Positions 11,975 through 21,323 of a DNA stretch of 58,152 bases are shown one piece after another (position 1 is the first letter of the stretch; each line of letters starts with the position of its first letter). The translations under genes and the position numbers were made by a program. This stretch comes from Microbacterium sp. (GTDB taxonomy: Bacteria; Actinomycetota; Actinomycetes; Actinomycetales; Microbacteriaceae). The notes under the pieces were generated by a model. That model was given only the letters and a program-made list of their open reading frames with translations. It ran no database searches and was not told the DNA's origin. The DNA lies in contig JBARWR010000071.1 in assembly GCA_049646915.1 (NCBI GenBank), positions 1 through 58,152 of the forward strand, given 5' to 3'.

Positions 11975-12130
11975 GGGTGACGTCCCCTGTGTAGTTCTAG
12001 GCTTGGAGTGTCACGTCGTTGACGTGGTGAGCCATCGTGCGATGTCCGTGAGAACCGACTAAAGCTACTCACAGAAAGACACAACGCACGATGGCTCTTG
12101 ACCAGTCTGCCCTCCTCGAGCTCCTCGGGG
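11975..12130 (+). mobile_element. IS256-family left-end remnant with 13-codon transposase stub
   Basis: End sequence gggtgacgtcccctgtgtagttc; ATG 12091 MALDQSALLELLG matches actinobacterial IS256 transposase N-terminus; 13-bp IR 12029-12041/12085-12097 covers the ATG. Confidence 0.75.
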
Positions 12131-12475
12131 GTTTCGCGGTGCCTGGACGATGCGAGCACTCGATGCCGTGGTCATCATCCCGGTCGACAGTGACGCGGAC
12201 GAGCCCGTATGGATTGGCGGTGCCAACGACGATGAGACGACGGCGGATGTCGACACGTGGCTCAGTGACGCCACGAACCCTGCACGTCGGCCGGCGCTCG
12301 TCGACATCCGGAAGTTCTCGCCGACCCGACTAAACCGGTACGAGTTGGAAGAAGAGGTCGAGCGGGGGCGGTGACGCGTCGCATGCAGGCCGACACAGCC
12401 AGCGCGAGTACATGCGCACGAGGAATCGAACTGCTTGCGCTTCACCGGTCCGGGCACTTTCGAATCTGCCGCGAC

Positions 12476-12796
12476 TCAGCGAACGAGGCGGGCGATCGCC
12501 TGAGACGCTTCCCGGACCTTCTCTTCGGCGATGTCGCTGCCGGCGCGAGCTGCATCTGCCACACAGTGGCGCAGGTGGTCTTCGAGGAGCCCGACGGCAA
12601 CGCTCCGCAGGGCGCTGGTCAGTGCGGAGATCTGAGTGAGGATGTCAATGCAGTACTTCTCGTCCTCGACCATGCGGTGGATGCCGCGTGATTGTCCTTC
12701 GATGCGCTTGAGGCGAGCAAGGTAGCGGGCTTTGTCCGTGATGTACCCGTGCTCTGCGTGGTTGCAGGATGTTGTAGCGACGGCGGTATCAGTCAT
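12476..12796 (-). CDS. csoR: CsoR/RicR-family copper-sensing repressor
   Basis: RLKRIEGQ..YCIDILTQ..HLRHCV (C-H-C ligands). Confidence 0.93.
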   Translation of the reverse strand: MTDTAVATTSCNHAEHGYITDKARYLARLKRIEGQSRGIHRMVEDEKYCIDILTQISALTSALRSVAVGLLEDHLRHCVADAARAGSDIAEEKVREASQAIARLVR

Positions 12797-12817
12797 CTGG
12801 ATCTCCGGCGGTTGTGG

Positions 12818-15028
12818 TCAGCGGTTCAGGATGACGCGGGTCGTGGTGTCGGGGCGGAGGTCGAGTCGGCGCAGCAGTTGGGCGTTGAGAGCGACGACGA
12901 TGGTGGATAGTGACATGAGAATCGCTCCGACCGACATCGGGAGCACGAATCCGATGGGGGCGAGGACGCCGGCGGCGAGGGGGACGGAGATGATGTTGTA
13001 TCCGGCAGCCCACCAGAGATTCTGCTTCATCTTCCGGTACGAAGCCCGTGACAGTTCGATCACGGAGAGTACCGAGCGGGGGTCGTCGCTTGCGAGGATG
13101 ACACCAGCCGACGCGATCGCGACATCTGTGCCCGCACCGATCGCCAGCCCAACGTCGGCCTGCGCGAGGGCAGGGGCGTCGTTGACGCCGTCGCCGACCA
13201 TTGCGACCTTACGGCCCTCGTTCTGGAGTTGTTGGACCTTTGCGGCCTTGTCCTCCGGGCGTACTCCGGCGAAGACGCGGTCGATGCCGAGGTCTTGCGC
13301 GACAGCCCGAGCCACGGCATCCGCATCGCCGGTGATCATCACGACCTGCACGCCGAGCGCGTGAAGGGCGTCGACGGCTTCCCGGGACTCCGAACGCACC
13401 TCGTCGGCGAGCTTCAGGGCTCCGACGACGCGCCCGTCCTGGATGACATGGAGGATGATCGCGCCATCCGCACGCCACTGATCGGCGACCGGAAGCTCAT
13501 CGGCGTTCTCCTCGGACAGCAGATGAGGTCCCCCGACTCGGATGATCTTCCCCTCAACGGTCGCCGTAACGCCCACAGCAGGTGACGAGGTGAACTCGAC
13601 GCTTCGGGGGACGGTGAGCTTCCTGTCGGCGGCCGCGCGGACGATGGCCTTCGCGAGCGGGTGCTCGCTGTCGGCCTCTGCGGCGGCCGCCAGCGCGAGC
13701 ACCCGGTCAGGGTCGGCGCCATCGGCAACGGAGACCTCGGAGACGACGGGCTCGCCCTTGGTGAGGGTGCCGGTCTTGTCGAACAGCACTGTATCGACGG
13801 TGCGCATGCTCTCGAGAGCGAGCCGGTCCTTGACGAGCACGCCGCCCCGGGCGGCGCGCTCGGTGGCGATGGAGACGACCAGCGGGATGGCCAGGCCCAG
13901 GGCGTGCGGGCACGCGATGACGAGCACCGTGATCGTGCGGATGACAGCAGCGTCAGGCAAGCCGACCAACGTCCAGACGATCGCGGTGATCGCCGCAGCA
14001 CCCAGGGCGAACCAGAACAGCCATCCGGCGGCGGTGTCAGCGAGGCGCTGAGCACGAGAAGACGAGCTTTGCGCTTCAGTGACGAGACGTTGGATGCCGG
14101 CGAGGGTCGTGTCGTCGCCGGTCGCGGTGATCTCGACGCGAAGCCCGGAATCGGTGGCAACGGTGCCGGCTGTGACGTGGTCGCCGCTGCCGCGTTCCAC
14201 GGTGCGGGACTCGCCCGTGACCATGGACTCGTCCATCGAAGCCCGTCCGTCGACGATGCGCCCGTCCGCGGGGACGCTACCACCCGGCCGTACGATGACG
14301 ACGTCACCGACGACGAGATCGGACGGTGAGACCGTGACGACCTGGTCATTCTCGACGCGCTCTGCCTCATCCGGGAGAAGAGCGGCGAGTGAGTCCAGGG
14401 CGGAAGTCGTCTGGGCGAGGGAGCGCATCTCGATCCAGTGCCCGAGAAGCATGATGACAATGAGGAGGGCGAGCTCCCACCAGAAGTCGAGTTCGTGATG
14501 GAGCACCCCGAGCGTCGCGCCCCAGGAGGCGGCGAACGCGACGGTGATCGCGAGGCCAATGAGTAGCATCATGCCGGGCTTGCGAGCGCGGAGCTCGCTG
14601 ACTGCACCGACGAGGAACGGCTTTCCACCCCACGCGTACATGACAGTGCCCAGCACCGGGGATACCCATGACAGACCCGGAATATCGGGGAGGGTGTAGC
14701 CCAGGATCATCGAGAACATGCCCGACAACGCGACCGTGGGGACAGCGAGGACGAGCATGATCCAGAACAGGCGACGGAACTGCCCGACGTGGTCGCCATG
14801 GCCTGCATGACCGCCGTGTCCAGCGTGGGTGTTATGCCCGGAGGGCGCGTTGTCGCTTCCGTGGTCTCTATGACTGTGCGCGGCGGCGTCTGACTGCGGT
14901 GCATGCGCCATTGCTTGATGTCCCGCGTGCGCATCGTGGTCAGTGTCGGTCGTCACTGCGGGGGTCGACGCCGCGTGGTCGTGGTGGGCGTGGGTGTGCT
15001 CCGCGCCGTCGTTACGCGAGTGGCTCAT
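12818..15028 (-). CDS. copB: Copper-translocating P1B-type ATPase, His-rich N-terminus (CopB type)
   Basis: His-rich N-terminus, TGES, CPH, DKTGT, SEHP, GDGVND, YN, MSLST. Confidence 0.92.
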   Translation of the reverse strand: MSHSRNDGAEHTHAHHDHAASTPAVTTDTDHDAHAGHQAMAHAPQSDAAAHSHRDHGSDNAPSGHNTHAGHGGHAGHGDHVGQFRRLFWIMLVLAVPTVALSGMFSMILGYTLPDIPGLSWVSPVLGTVMYAWGGKPFLVGAVSELRARKPGMMLLIGLAITVAFAASWGATLGVLHHELDFWWELALLIVIMLLGHWIEMRSLAQTTSALDSLAALLPDEAERVENDQVVTVSPSDLVVGDVVIVRPGGSVPADGRIVDGRASMDESMVTGESRTVERGSGDHVTAGTVATDSGLRVEITATGDDTTLAGIQRLVTEAQSSSSRAQRLADTAAGWLFWFALGAAAITAIVWTLVGLPDAAVIRTITVLVIACPHALGLAIPLVVSIATERAARGGVLVKDRLALESMRTVDTVLFDKTGTLTKGEPVVSEVSVADGADPDRVLALAAAAEADSEHPLAKAIVRAAADRKLTVPRSVEFTSSPAVGVTATVEGKIIRVGGPHLLSEENADELPVADQWRADGAIILHVIQDGRVVGALKLADEVRSESREAVDALHALGVQVVMITGDADAVARAVAQDLGIDRVFAGVRPEDKAAKVQQLQNEGRKVAMVGDGVNDAPALAQADVGLAIGAGTDVAIASAGVILASDDPRSVLSVIELSRASYRKMKQNLWWAAGYNIISVPLAAGVLAPIGFVLPMSVGAILMSLSTIVVALNAQLLRRLDLRPDTTTRVILNR

Positions 15029-15099
15029 GGGCCTATCCTCCTCGGAATTGAGAACCGTGGGGCTGACTTGTGTGGCGTGCCCCGCACGGTGAAACAGTG

Positions 15100-15360
15100 T
15101 CAGGCAGCAGCGGTGGCGTACTTAGCCGGGTCGGCGTCGAACGCAGGCCCGCATCCAGCGCAGCAGAAGTAGTACCGGGTGCCGTCGTAATCGCGGTACA
15201 GGCCGGCAGCTTCTGCATCCGCCTTGATGACGGTGCTGCCTACCATCACAGGACATTCGGCGAGATCCTCCGCGGGTGGGGTGAGGAGATCCTTGCGTCC
15301 TTCGGCGTCGACGGAACCGTGGCTGTTGGGGCTGCAGCAGGATCCAGTGGAGTCTGACAT
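15100..15360 (-). CDS. YHS-domain metal-binding protein
   Basis: ECPVM...YDGTRYYFCCAGCGPAFDADPAKY. Confidence 0.9.
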   Translation of the reverse strand: MSDSTGSCCSPNSHGSVDAEGRKDLLTPPAEDLAECPVMVGSTVIKADAEAAGLYRDYDGTRYYFCCAGCGPAFDADPAKYATAAA

Positions 15361-15415
15361 GTTTTGTTTCTCCTTCTCTCAAACACCGGAGTGCGGCGTC
15401 GGTGTGCCTAACGAT

Positions 15416-15432
15416 ATACCCCCTGGGGGTAT
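15416..15432. promoter_or_regulatory. CsoR/RicR operator (perfect palindrome)
   Basis: ATACCCCC-T-GGGGGTAT between divergent YHS-copB-csoR and leader-DUF305 units. Confidence 0.9.
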
Positions 15433-15530
15433 TTCGCACTAGGATGTACATGGCGGCGCTGAAGGACCAGGGCGGGCGGCCCGCATAGATCGTGGTGTTA
15501 GCATCCTGGACGGAACGGAGGAGGCCGAGC

Positions 15531-15974
15531 ATGCACGTCGCAGTTCGTGGCGCACGTCCGCAGTTGTCGTTGCGCGCGTTGTTGATGCTCGGCGGGGCCA
15601 CGCTGATGGTTATCGTCGGCTTGCTGGCGATGCACACCTTCACCTCCGAACCTGCGGGACACGGATCCGTCGGACTCACCCACTCCGCAGCTGGGGAGGA
15701 GCACGCCACCGCAGCGGCGTCAACGGTCGCGAGCGAGTCCACCGCGTGTGAGGGTGCATGTCATGTGAGCACCGGACATGGGCAGGGTCACAACGAGATG
15801 CTGACTGCGTGCGTGCTGGCGTTGCTTGCCGGTCTGCTTCTCCTCCTCCCTCCGATATTGATTCAGCGTCACCGGCTGCCCCTTCACCGCGCCGTAAGCC
15901 TGGTGAGATGGGAAGCGATCGGGATCCTTCCCCGGGCACCCTCGCTGACGTTCCTTTCGATAAGTCGCACCTGA
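15531..15974 (+). CDS. Two-TM Cys/His membrane leader protein ending LSISRT (DUF6153-like), copy 1
   Basis: RBS ggaggagg; TM1, His/Ser-rich loop with CEGACH, TM2 starting ACVLALL, tail RAPSLTFLSISRT*. Confidence 0.75.
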   Translation: MHVAVRGARPQLSLRALLMLGGATLMVIVGLLAMHTFTSEPAGHGSVGLTHSAAGEEHATAAASTVASESTACEGACHVSTGHGQGHNEMLTACVLALLAGLLLLLPPILIQRHRLPLHRAVSLVRWEAIGILPRAPSLTFLSISRT

Positions 15975-16065
15975 GTAGTCGCCGCCGACCCTGATGGGTC
16001 GGATTCCTGGCGCCGTCTGGCGCCATCATTTGCGAACCCTCACACGACGTATCGAAGGAACAACC

Positions 16066-16674
16066 ATGAATAAGAAGCTTCCCATTGCTGTCAGTACGGG
16101 TGTACTGACCCTTGCGCTGGTTCTCACCGGCTGCGCTGACAACAGCACGGCACCGTCCAGCGAATCCACCTCCCCGTCTCAGTCGTCGTCGACTTCGGCA
16201 GCGAACGAGGCTGACGAGATGTTCGTCACGATGATGATCCCTCATCACGAGCAGGCGATCGAGATGGCCGACATGCTGCTCGCTAAAGACGGTGCCGACG
16301 CACGCGTGGTGGAACTTGCCGAGCAGATCAAGGCGGCGCAGGGCCCCGAGATCGACAAGATGCTCGGATGGCTCGAAGACTGGGGTGTGGAGTACGACCC
16401 CGACTCCATGGGAGGCATGGATCACGGTTCGATGGGCGGTGACGACAGCATGATGTCCGAAGAGGACATGACCATGTTGGAGCGCGCGGATGCTGTCGAG
16501 GCGAACAGCCTGTTCCTGGAGCAGATGATCGTGCACCACGAAGGTGCCGTCGACATGGCGCAGACGGCGCTTGATGATGCGCAGAACCCGGACGTCCTCG
16601 AGCTCGCGCAACAGGTGATCGACGACCAGACGGCGGAGATCGCCACGATGCAGGAACTCCTCGGCCAGCTGTAG
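16066..16674 (+). CDS. DUF305 ferritin-like lipoprotein (CopM-like)
   Basis: Lipobox LTGC; two MIPHHEQA / MIVHHEGA repeats; Met-rich linker. Confidence 0.9.
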   Translation: MNKKLPIAVSTGVLTLALVLTGCADNSTAPSSESTSPSQSSSTSAANEADEMFVTMMIPHHEQAIEMADMLLAKDGADARVVELAEQIKAAQGPEIDKMLGWLEDWGVEYDPDSMGGMDHGSMGGDDSMMSEEDMTMLERADAVEANSLFLEQMIVHHEGAVDMAQTALDDAQNPDVLELAQQVIDDQTAEIATMQELLGQL

Positions 16675-16680
16675 GAATCC

Positions 16681-16715
16681 TCCGGGCGGGCCGGTATCCG
16701 ATCGTCCCGCCCGGA
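16681..16715 (+). terminator. GC hairpin after DUF305
   Basis: tccgggcggg...cccgcccgga; a related hairpin follows the DUF305 relic at ~54367. Confidence 0.5.
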
Positions 16716-16820
16716 TCTGTGTCATCCGTGCTGCCCCATTGCGGCAGCAGTCAGACGTCGGCGTGCTCTTGCTGCGCGTCGTGAAGCCAGGCCCGCTTGA
16801 GGCCACTAACGGAAACCATC

Positions 16821-17660
16821 ATGAAACGCTCACTCCTTCTCGCAACCGTCACTGTGACCGTCCTGGCGACTGTCGCCACCGGATGCACCGCGACACCGCT
16901 CGGCAACCCGGACTCAGCTCCCCGCATCGACCACATCCACGGCATCGCTGAAGATCCCCGGGGCGATGATCTGCTGGTGGCCACGCACAACGGAATCTTC
17001 ACTCTCACACCCGATGGGGATATCTCCGGCCCGATCGGCGGTCACGCCTTCGACGCCATGGGATTCACGGTCTCGGGAGACGCGCTGTTCGCCTCCGGGC
17101 ATCCCGGCGAAAAGACCCCGGCCGAACTCGGATCGCCCAACCTCGGCATCATCCGCAGCGACGACTACGGGAACACTTGGTCGCCTATTGCTCTCAACGG
17201 AACCACCGACTTCCACATCCTCACCGCAGCCCCGGACGGCACCCTCTACGGCGTCCCCTCTAGCCAAGTGAACCTGCTCACCAGCACAGACGAGGGAAAC
17301 AACTGGACGGAGCGTGCGTCCCTCGGCGCCGCTGATCTCGCGGTCACCGAATCCGGTTTGTACGCTGCAGCCGAAGAAGGCGTTCTTTTCAGCAGCGACG
17401 GCGGTAACACATTCACTCCAGTCGACGGAACACCTGTGCTCTACGCGCTGGAGGCTCGCACCGACGGCACTCTTCTCGGCGCAGGCACCGATGGCGTCCT
17501 GTGGACAGAGGATGAAAATGGAACCTGGCATCAGCTCGAATCGCTCCAAGGCGCCGTTCAAGCCCTCACTGTCATCGACGACCGCGTCATCCTCGTCGAT
17601 GACCGGGGCATCGTTGAAGTCTCACCGGACAGCACCACTGTGCTGAGTCCCGCCCAATAA
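16821..17660 (+). CDS. F510_1955-family beta-propeller (BNR/Asp-box) lipoprotein
   Basis: Lipobox ATGC; HIHG, ATHNG, DAMGF, ASGHP, SDDYGNTW, DFH. Confidence 0.85.
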   Translation: MKRSLLLATVTVTVLATVATGCTATPLGNPDSAPRIDHIHGIAEDPRGDDLLVATHNGIFTLTPDGDISGPIGGHAFDAMGFTVSGDALFASGHPGEKTPAELGSPNLGIIRSDDYGNTWSPIALNGTTDFHILTAAPDGTLYGVPSSQVNLLTSTDEGNNWTERASLGAADLAVTESGLYAAAEEGVLFSSDGGNTFTPVDGTPVLYALEARTDGTLLGAGTDGVLWTEDENGTWHQLESLQGAVQALTVIDDRVILVDDRGIVEVSPDSTTVLSPAQ

Positions 17661-17685
17661 CGCGGCCCGTGCCCAAGGATTCCTC

Positions 17686-17799
17686 GTGAAAGCGCCCAAG
17701 AACCCCTTTCGGAACCTCGTGTTGTTCGTCATCGTGGCGACGATCGCCGTTGCCCTCCTCGCCGCTGCTAGTTTTCTCGCGATTGGAGCGATCTTCTGA
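17686..17799 (+). CDS. 37-aa single-TM small protein (NPFR motif), copy 1
   Basis: MKAPKNPFRNLVLFVIVATIAVALLAAASFLAIGAIF*; RBS aagga; paralog at 55335. Confidence 0.6.
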   Translation: MKAPKNPFRNLVLFVIVATIAVALLAAASFLAIGAIF

Positions 17800-18113
17800 T
17801 GACCCCCACCGGCTCCAGATCACCCTTCGACCCGCTACACCATCTGACGGCCGTGCACTCGTCCTCACCCGGCGCGCCTTCGCGTCGCAGTCCCGCGGAG
17901 CGGACGCATCGAAGGCTCGTGCGTCTTGGATATATGCTCTTGATCTGCGGTCCAGCCCTCGCGCTCGCGCATCTGATCAGTGATGCCCAATCGACCGACG
18001 TCGCTTGGTGGACGTACACGATCGCCAGCTTTGACATCGCCGTAATCATGGTCATTGTCGCCCTGGCTCTGATCCTTCGAGCTCCACCCGGTCACGCTGC
18101 AGAAACGGAATAA
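17799..18113 (+). CDS. Small two-TM membrane protein
   Basis: TGATG coupling to preceding sORF; two hydrophobic segments. Confidence 0.4.
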   Translation: MTPTGSRSPFDPLHHLTAVHSSSPGAPSRRSPAERTHRRLVRLGYMLLICGPALALAHLISDAQSTDVAWWTYTIASFDIAVIMVIVALALILRAPPGHAAETE

Positions 18114-18162
18114 TCGTCACCGCACTGCAATCGCTGCGACGATGATCTGCCGCTGAACTACC

Positions 18163-18179
18163 ATGCCCTCCCGGGGTAT
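18163..18179. promoter_or_regulatory. Degenerate CsoR/RicR operator
   Basis: ATGCCC-TCCCG-GGGTAT upstream of the Csp gene. Confidence 0.6.
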
Positions 18180-18247
18180 TCAACGGGGTCCTCGGGAGCG
18201 AGGTGCGGTCGTAGTTTGAAGACTCCACAATGACGAGAGGAGCCACT

Positions 18248-18649
18248 ATGACTGTCGCGGCGGAAATGCTTCGCACCTACCCGAAGGACCTTGGTCAGGC
18301 TGACCGGGAGGTGCTGGTGGAGTGTATCGAGGCGTGCGTTGAGTGCGCGCAATCATGCACCGCATGCGCCGACGCGTGCCTGAGCGAGGAAATGGTTGCC
18401 GAGCTGACGAAGTGCATCCGCACGAACCTGGACTGCGCCGACCTCTGCGAAACCACCGGACGCATCCTGTCCAGGCACACCGGGTACGACGCCAACCTCA
18501 CCCGCGCAACCCTCGAAGCGTGCCGCACGGCATGCGCGAGTTGCGCCGACGAGTGCGAGAAGCACACGATGCACGAACACTGCACGGTGTGTGCTGCGGC
18601 CTGCCGGCGATGCGAAGATGCCTGCGCCGCGCTCCTCGCAACCCTCTGA
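18248..18649 (+). CDS. Four-helix-bundle copper storage protein (Csp3/DUF326)
   Basis: Repeated CxxxC / CxxC motifs; no signal peptide. Confidence 0.9.
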   Translation: MTVAAEMLRTYPKDLGQADREVLVECIEACVECAQSCTACADACLSEEMVAELTKCIRTNLDCADLCETTGRILSRHTGYDANLTRATLEACRTACASCADECEKHTMHEHCTVCAAACRRCEDACAALLATL

Positions 18650-18804
18650 ATAGCCACCTCGACGGCGTCGTGCAGTTCTTCGCTACCCGCATCAATCCAG
18701 TGATGCCCGTTGACCGAGCCGAAGCAGACTAGCGAGCGCTCTTACCCCACACGTCGTCATCAATCGCGCTACCGCGCAACGAGCTGAGACGACAGGTGAG
18801 GAAT

Positions 18805-19401
18805 ATGTCGAAGGACGCGCACGAAACAAATGGACGACAAGCAGGGGCGAAAAAGCACGGATCGCTGACGATGTACTTGCGATTCGCGGCGATGATTCTC
18901 ACCGGCATGGTCGTGATGTATTGGACGATGTTCGCTGGAGTGTGGGAATGGGGGCACATACGCTTCAGCGAAAGCCGCGTCTTCATGGCGCTCACTATGG
19001 GCGGCGCCATGGGGCTGGTCATGCTGGCCTGGATGCTCAACATGTACAAGCACAGGAAAGCGAACATTGCGGTCATCATCGTCAGCGTTCTCCTCCTCGG
19101 AGGAGGCATCGCCCTCGACCGCAGCCAGATCACCGTCGACGACACCGCGTACATGCGCGCAATGATTCCGCATCACTCGCTCGCGATCACCCGATCCGAG
19201 CGAGCACAGCTGCAGGATGTCCGCGTCTGCGAACTTGCGGTTGAAATCGGCGAAGCGCAGCGCCGGGAGATCCTCGAAATGGACTGGCTCATCGCCGACA
19301 TCGAAAGCAACGGCCTCGCGCTGACGTCCGAGGACGCGCAAGAACGACCCGTTCCAGACTTCGAACGGGCAGCCGACCGCCAGTGCTCGGACGACGGATG
19401 A
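18805..19401 (+). CDS. Membrane-anchored DUF305 protein
   Basis: Three Met-rich TMs, then YMRAMIPHHSLAI...AQRREILEM. Confidence 0.8.
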   Translation: MSKDAHETNGRQAGAKKHGSLTMYLRFAAMILTGMVVMYWTMFAGVWEWGHIRFSESRVFMALTMGGAMGLVMLAWMLNMYKHRKANIAVIIVSVLLLGGGIALDRSQITVDDTAYMRAMIPHHSLAITRSERAQLQDVRVCELAVEIGEAQRREILEMDWLIADIESNGLALTSEDAQERPVPDFERAADRQCSDDG

Positions 19402-19425
19402 CGATTGGTAGCGATAATCGGTCGA

Positions 19426-19791
19426 TCATGTCTTCTGGTGATGCGCCCAGCGCTCGACAGACTCGCTTCCTGTTCCCATCGCCTCCATGCGCTGTTTGGT
19501 GACATCGGTCAGCTGAGCGGCCGGATTGAAGTTCTTGTCCGGCCAGTTCCCATGGGTTGAAGAGTGGGACCAGTAGATCTGGCACACTGCGGAGTCGTCG
19601 TGCGACGGATCGAGGGGTTCCGCACAGAAGTTGGGGCGGTCATCCTGCTGGCAGTCGGTTCCGCAGTTCGGGCACGCTTCGAATGCCTGGCTAAAACTGT
19701 CCAGTCATTCTGTTGTGACGCGCCACTCGTGGCGACACGATCTACACCGCATGCCGCGAGGCCGCTCAAACTGGATTGTTCTCTCGATCAC
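19426..19791 (-). pseudogene. Truncated zinc-ribbon hypothetical gene with internal stop
   Basis: VIERTIQFERPRGMRCRSCRHEWRVTTE*LDSFSQAFEACPNCGTDC...YWSHSSTHGNWPD...; TGA at 19705-19707; frame ends next to copper cargo. Confidence 0.55.
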
Positions 19792-19838
19792 TGAGTGAGC
19801 ATTGCATGGACCGCAAACATCACGAGCCCGCTGATCGC

Positions 19839-21323
19839 TTAGCTCACCATGCGCCCGGTCGTATCGAAGAGTTCCAGCTCCGCCGGGTGCAGCTGATGCT
19901 GGCACACGAACGACCGGTCCTTGATACGCCACAGTCCCTGACCGACGCCAAGCCCCGGGAGCAACTTCTGCTCCGTGCCGGTGAGCCCGAGCGTTTTCGC
20001 GGTGACGCCGAGTTGATCGGATTCCTGCCGGTAGATGATCCTCGTTTCGGCATTGGCCAACAGGCTGTTTGCGAGTGCACGCATCGCCGAGCCTTGATCA
20101 CCGACATTCTCCAAATCGGTGAGTTTGTGGAAGATCAGCATGTTCGCGATCCCATAGTGCCGTGCGAGCCGCCAGTGTGCATCCATGCGCCTCAGCAACG
20201 CCGGGTGGGACATGAGGCGCCAGGCTTCGTCGTAGATGCACCATCGTTGACCGCCATTGGGATCCAGAAGCGCGGACTCCATCCACGCGGATGAGCAGGT
20301 CATGAGGACCGAAGTCAGCGTCGAGTTCTCCGTCACTCGCGATAGATCGAGCGAGATCATCGGCAGTGTCGGATCGAACGTCACTGTCGATGGCCCGTCG
20401 AAGAGCCCCGCGAGATCTCCGGCGACGAGCCGCCTGAGCGCATGGCCGACGAGGCGCCCGTCCTCGGCGAGCCGCCCGTCCGGATCGGTGTGCGCGGCTG
20501 GTGCCAGGATGTGTTCGACGACCATCGGCAGGATTGGGAGATCGTTGCTGCGTACGACCTCGGTCAGCGCGGTATCGATCGCGGTGTGCTCCAGTGGTGT
20601 GAGCGGCCGGGTGAGAACCGTCTCCGCGAGCGCGCCAATCAGGTCACGGCGACGGGCAGCGACTGTGCTCGCCCATGTCGCTTCGCTCATGCCCACTGGT
20701 CGGTATCCCTCGTCGAGGGGATTCAGGCGCGCAGCGAGTCCATGTCCGAGCACAATCGCCCGTCCGCCCACGGCTTCGGCGATCGCGGTGTGCTCGCCCT
20801 TCGGGTCGCCCGGTACGTAGACCCGCCGCCCGAACGGAAGTGATCGCGTGTAGAGGCTCTTGGCCAGGCTCGACTTCCCGGAACCGACGATGCCCGCGAG
20901 CACGACGTTCGGGGCAGTGAGGATCCCGCGGGCGTACAGCACCCATGGGTCGTAGACGAATGACCCACCGGAGTACAGATCCTGACCGACGAAGACACCG
21001 TCCGATCCGAGCCCGCCTTCGGCGAGAAACGGATAGGCGCCGGCGAGGGTCGCCGACGTGTCCTGATGCCGGGCCAAACGGAACCTTCCAGGCGATCGAA
21101 GCTGCGCGGGACCGGGCTCGCCGGCGGCAGGAAGGTAGCCCGTGGCACGACGTTCGGCAAGTTCCGCAAGGTACTTCGCGTGGGCATCTTGGCGTTCAGC
21201 GTGCTGCTGGTCAGTCTGCAATCTCGTGGCGGCTTGTCGGCGCTGGTTGCGCAGCCGACGCTTCTCAGAAGCCGGAGCGATGAGTACAGAGGTATGGAGC
21301 CGCTCGGCGTCATCCCGGATCAC
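19839..21323 (-). CDS. VirB4-like conjugative ATPase
   Basis: GIVGSGKS Walker A, DPKGEH, LNPLD, IYDEAW, LARHYG. Confidence 0.9.
   Translation of the reverse strand: MIRDDAERLHTSVLIAPASEKRRLRNQRRQAATRLQTDQQHAERQDAHAKYLAELAERRATGYLPAAGEPGPAQLRSPGRFRLARHQDTSATLAGAYPFLAEGGLGSDGVFVGQDLYSGGSFVYDPWVLYARGILTAPNVVLAGIVGSGKSSLAKSLYTRSLPFGRRVYVPGDPKGEHTAIAEAVGGRAIVLGHGLAARLNPLDEGYRPVGMSEATWASTVAARRRDLIGALAETVLTRPLTPLEHTAIDTALTEVVRSNDLPILPMVVEHILAPAAHTDPDGRLAEDGRLVGHALRRLVAGDLAGLFDGPSTVTFDPTLPMISLDLSRVTENSTLTSVLMTCSSAWMESALLDPNGGQRWCIYDEAWRLMSHPALLRRMDAHWRLARHYGIANMLIFHKLTDLENVGDQGSAMRALANSLLANAETRIIYRQESDQLGVTAKTLGLTGTEQKLLPGLGVGQGLWRIKDRSFVCQHQLHPAELELFDTTGRMVS

Noticed and set aside
12150..12374. 74-aa ORF as intact gene
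   Set aside because: Frame is open back to the IS256 junction with no RBS; likely a 3' fragment of an unidentified gene
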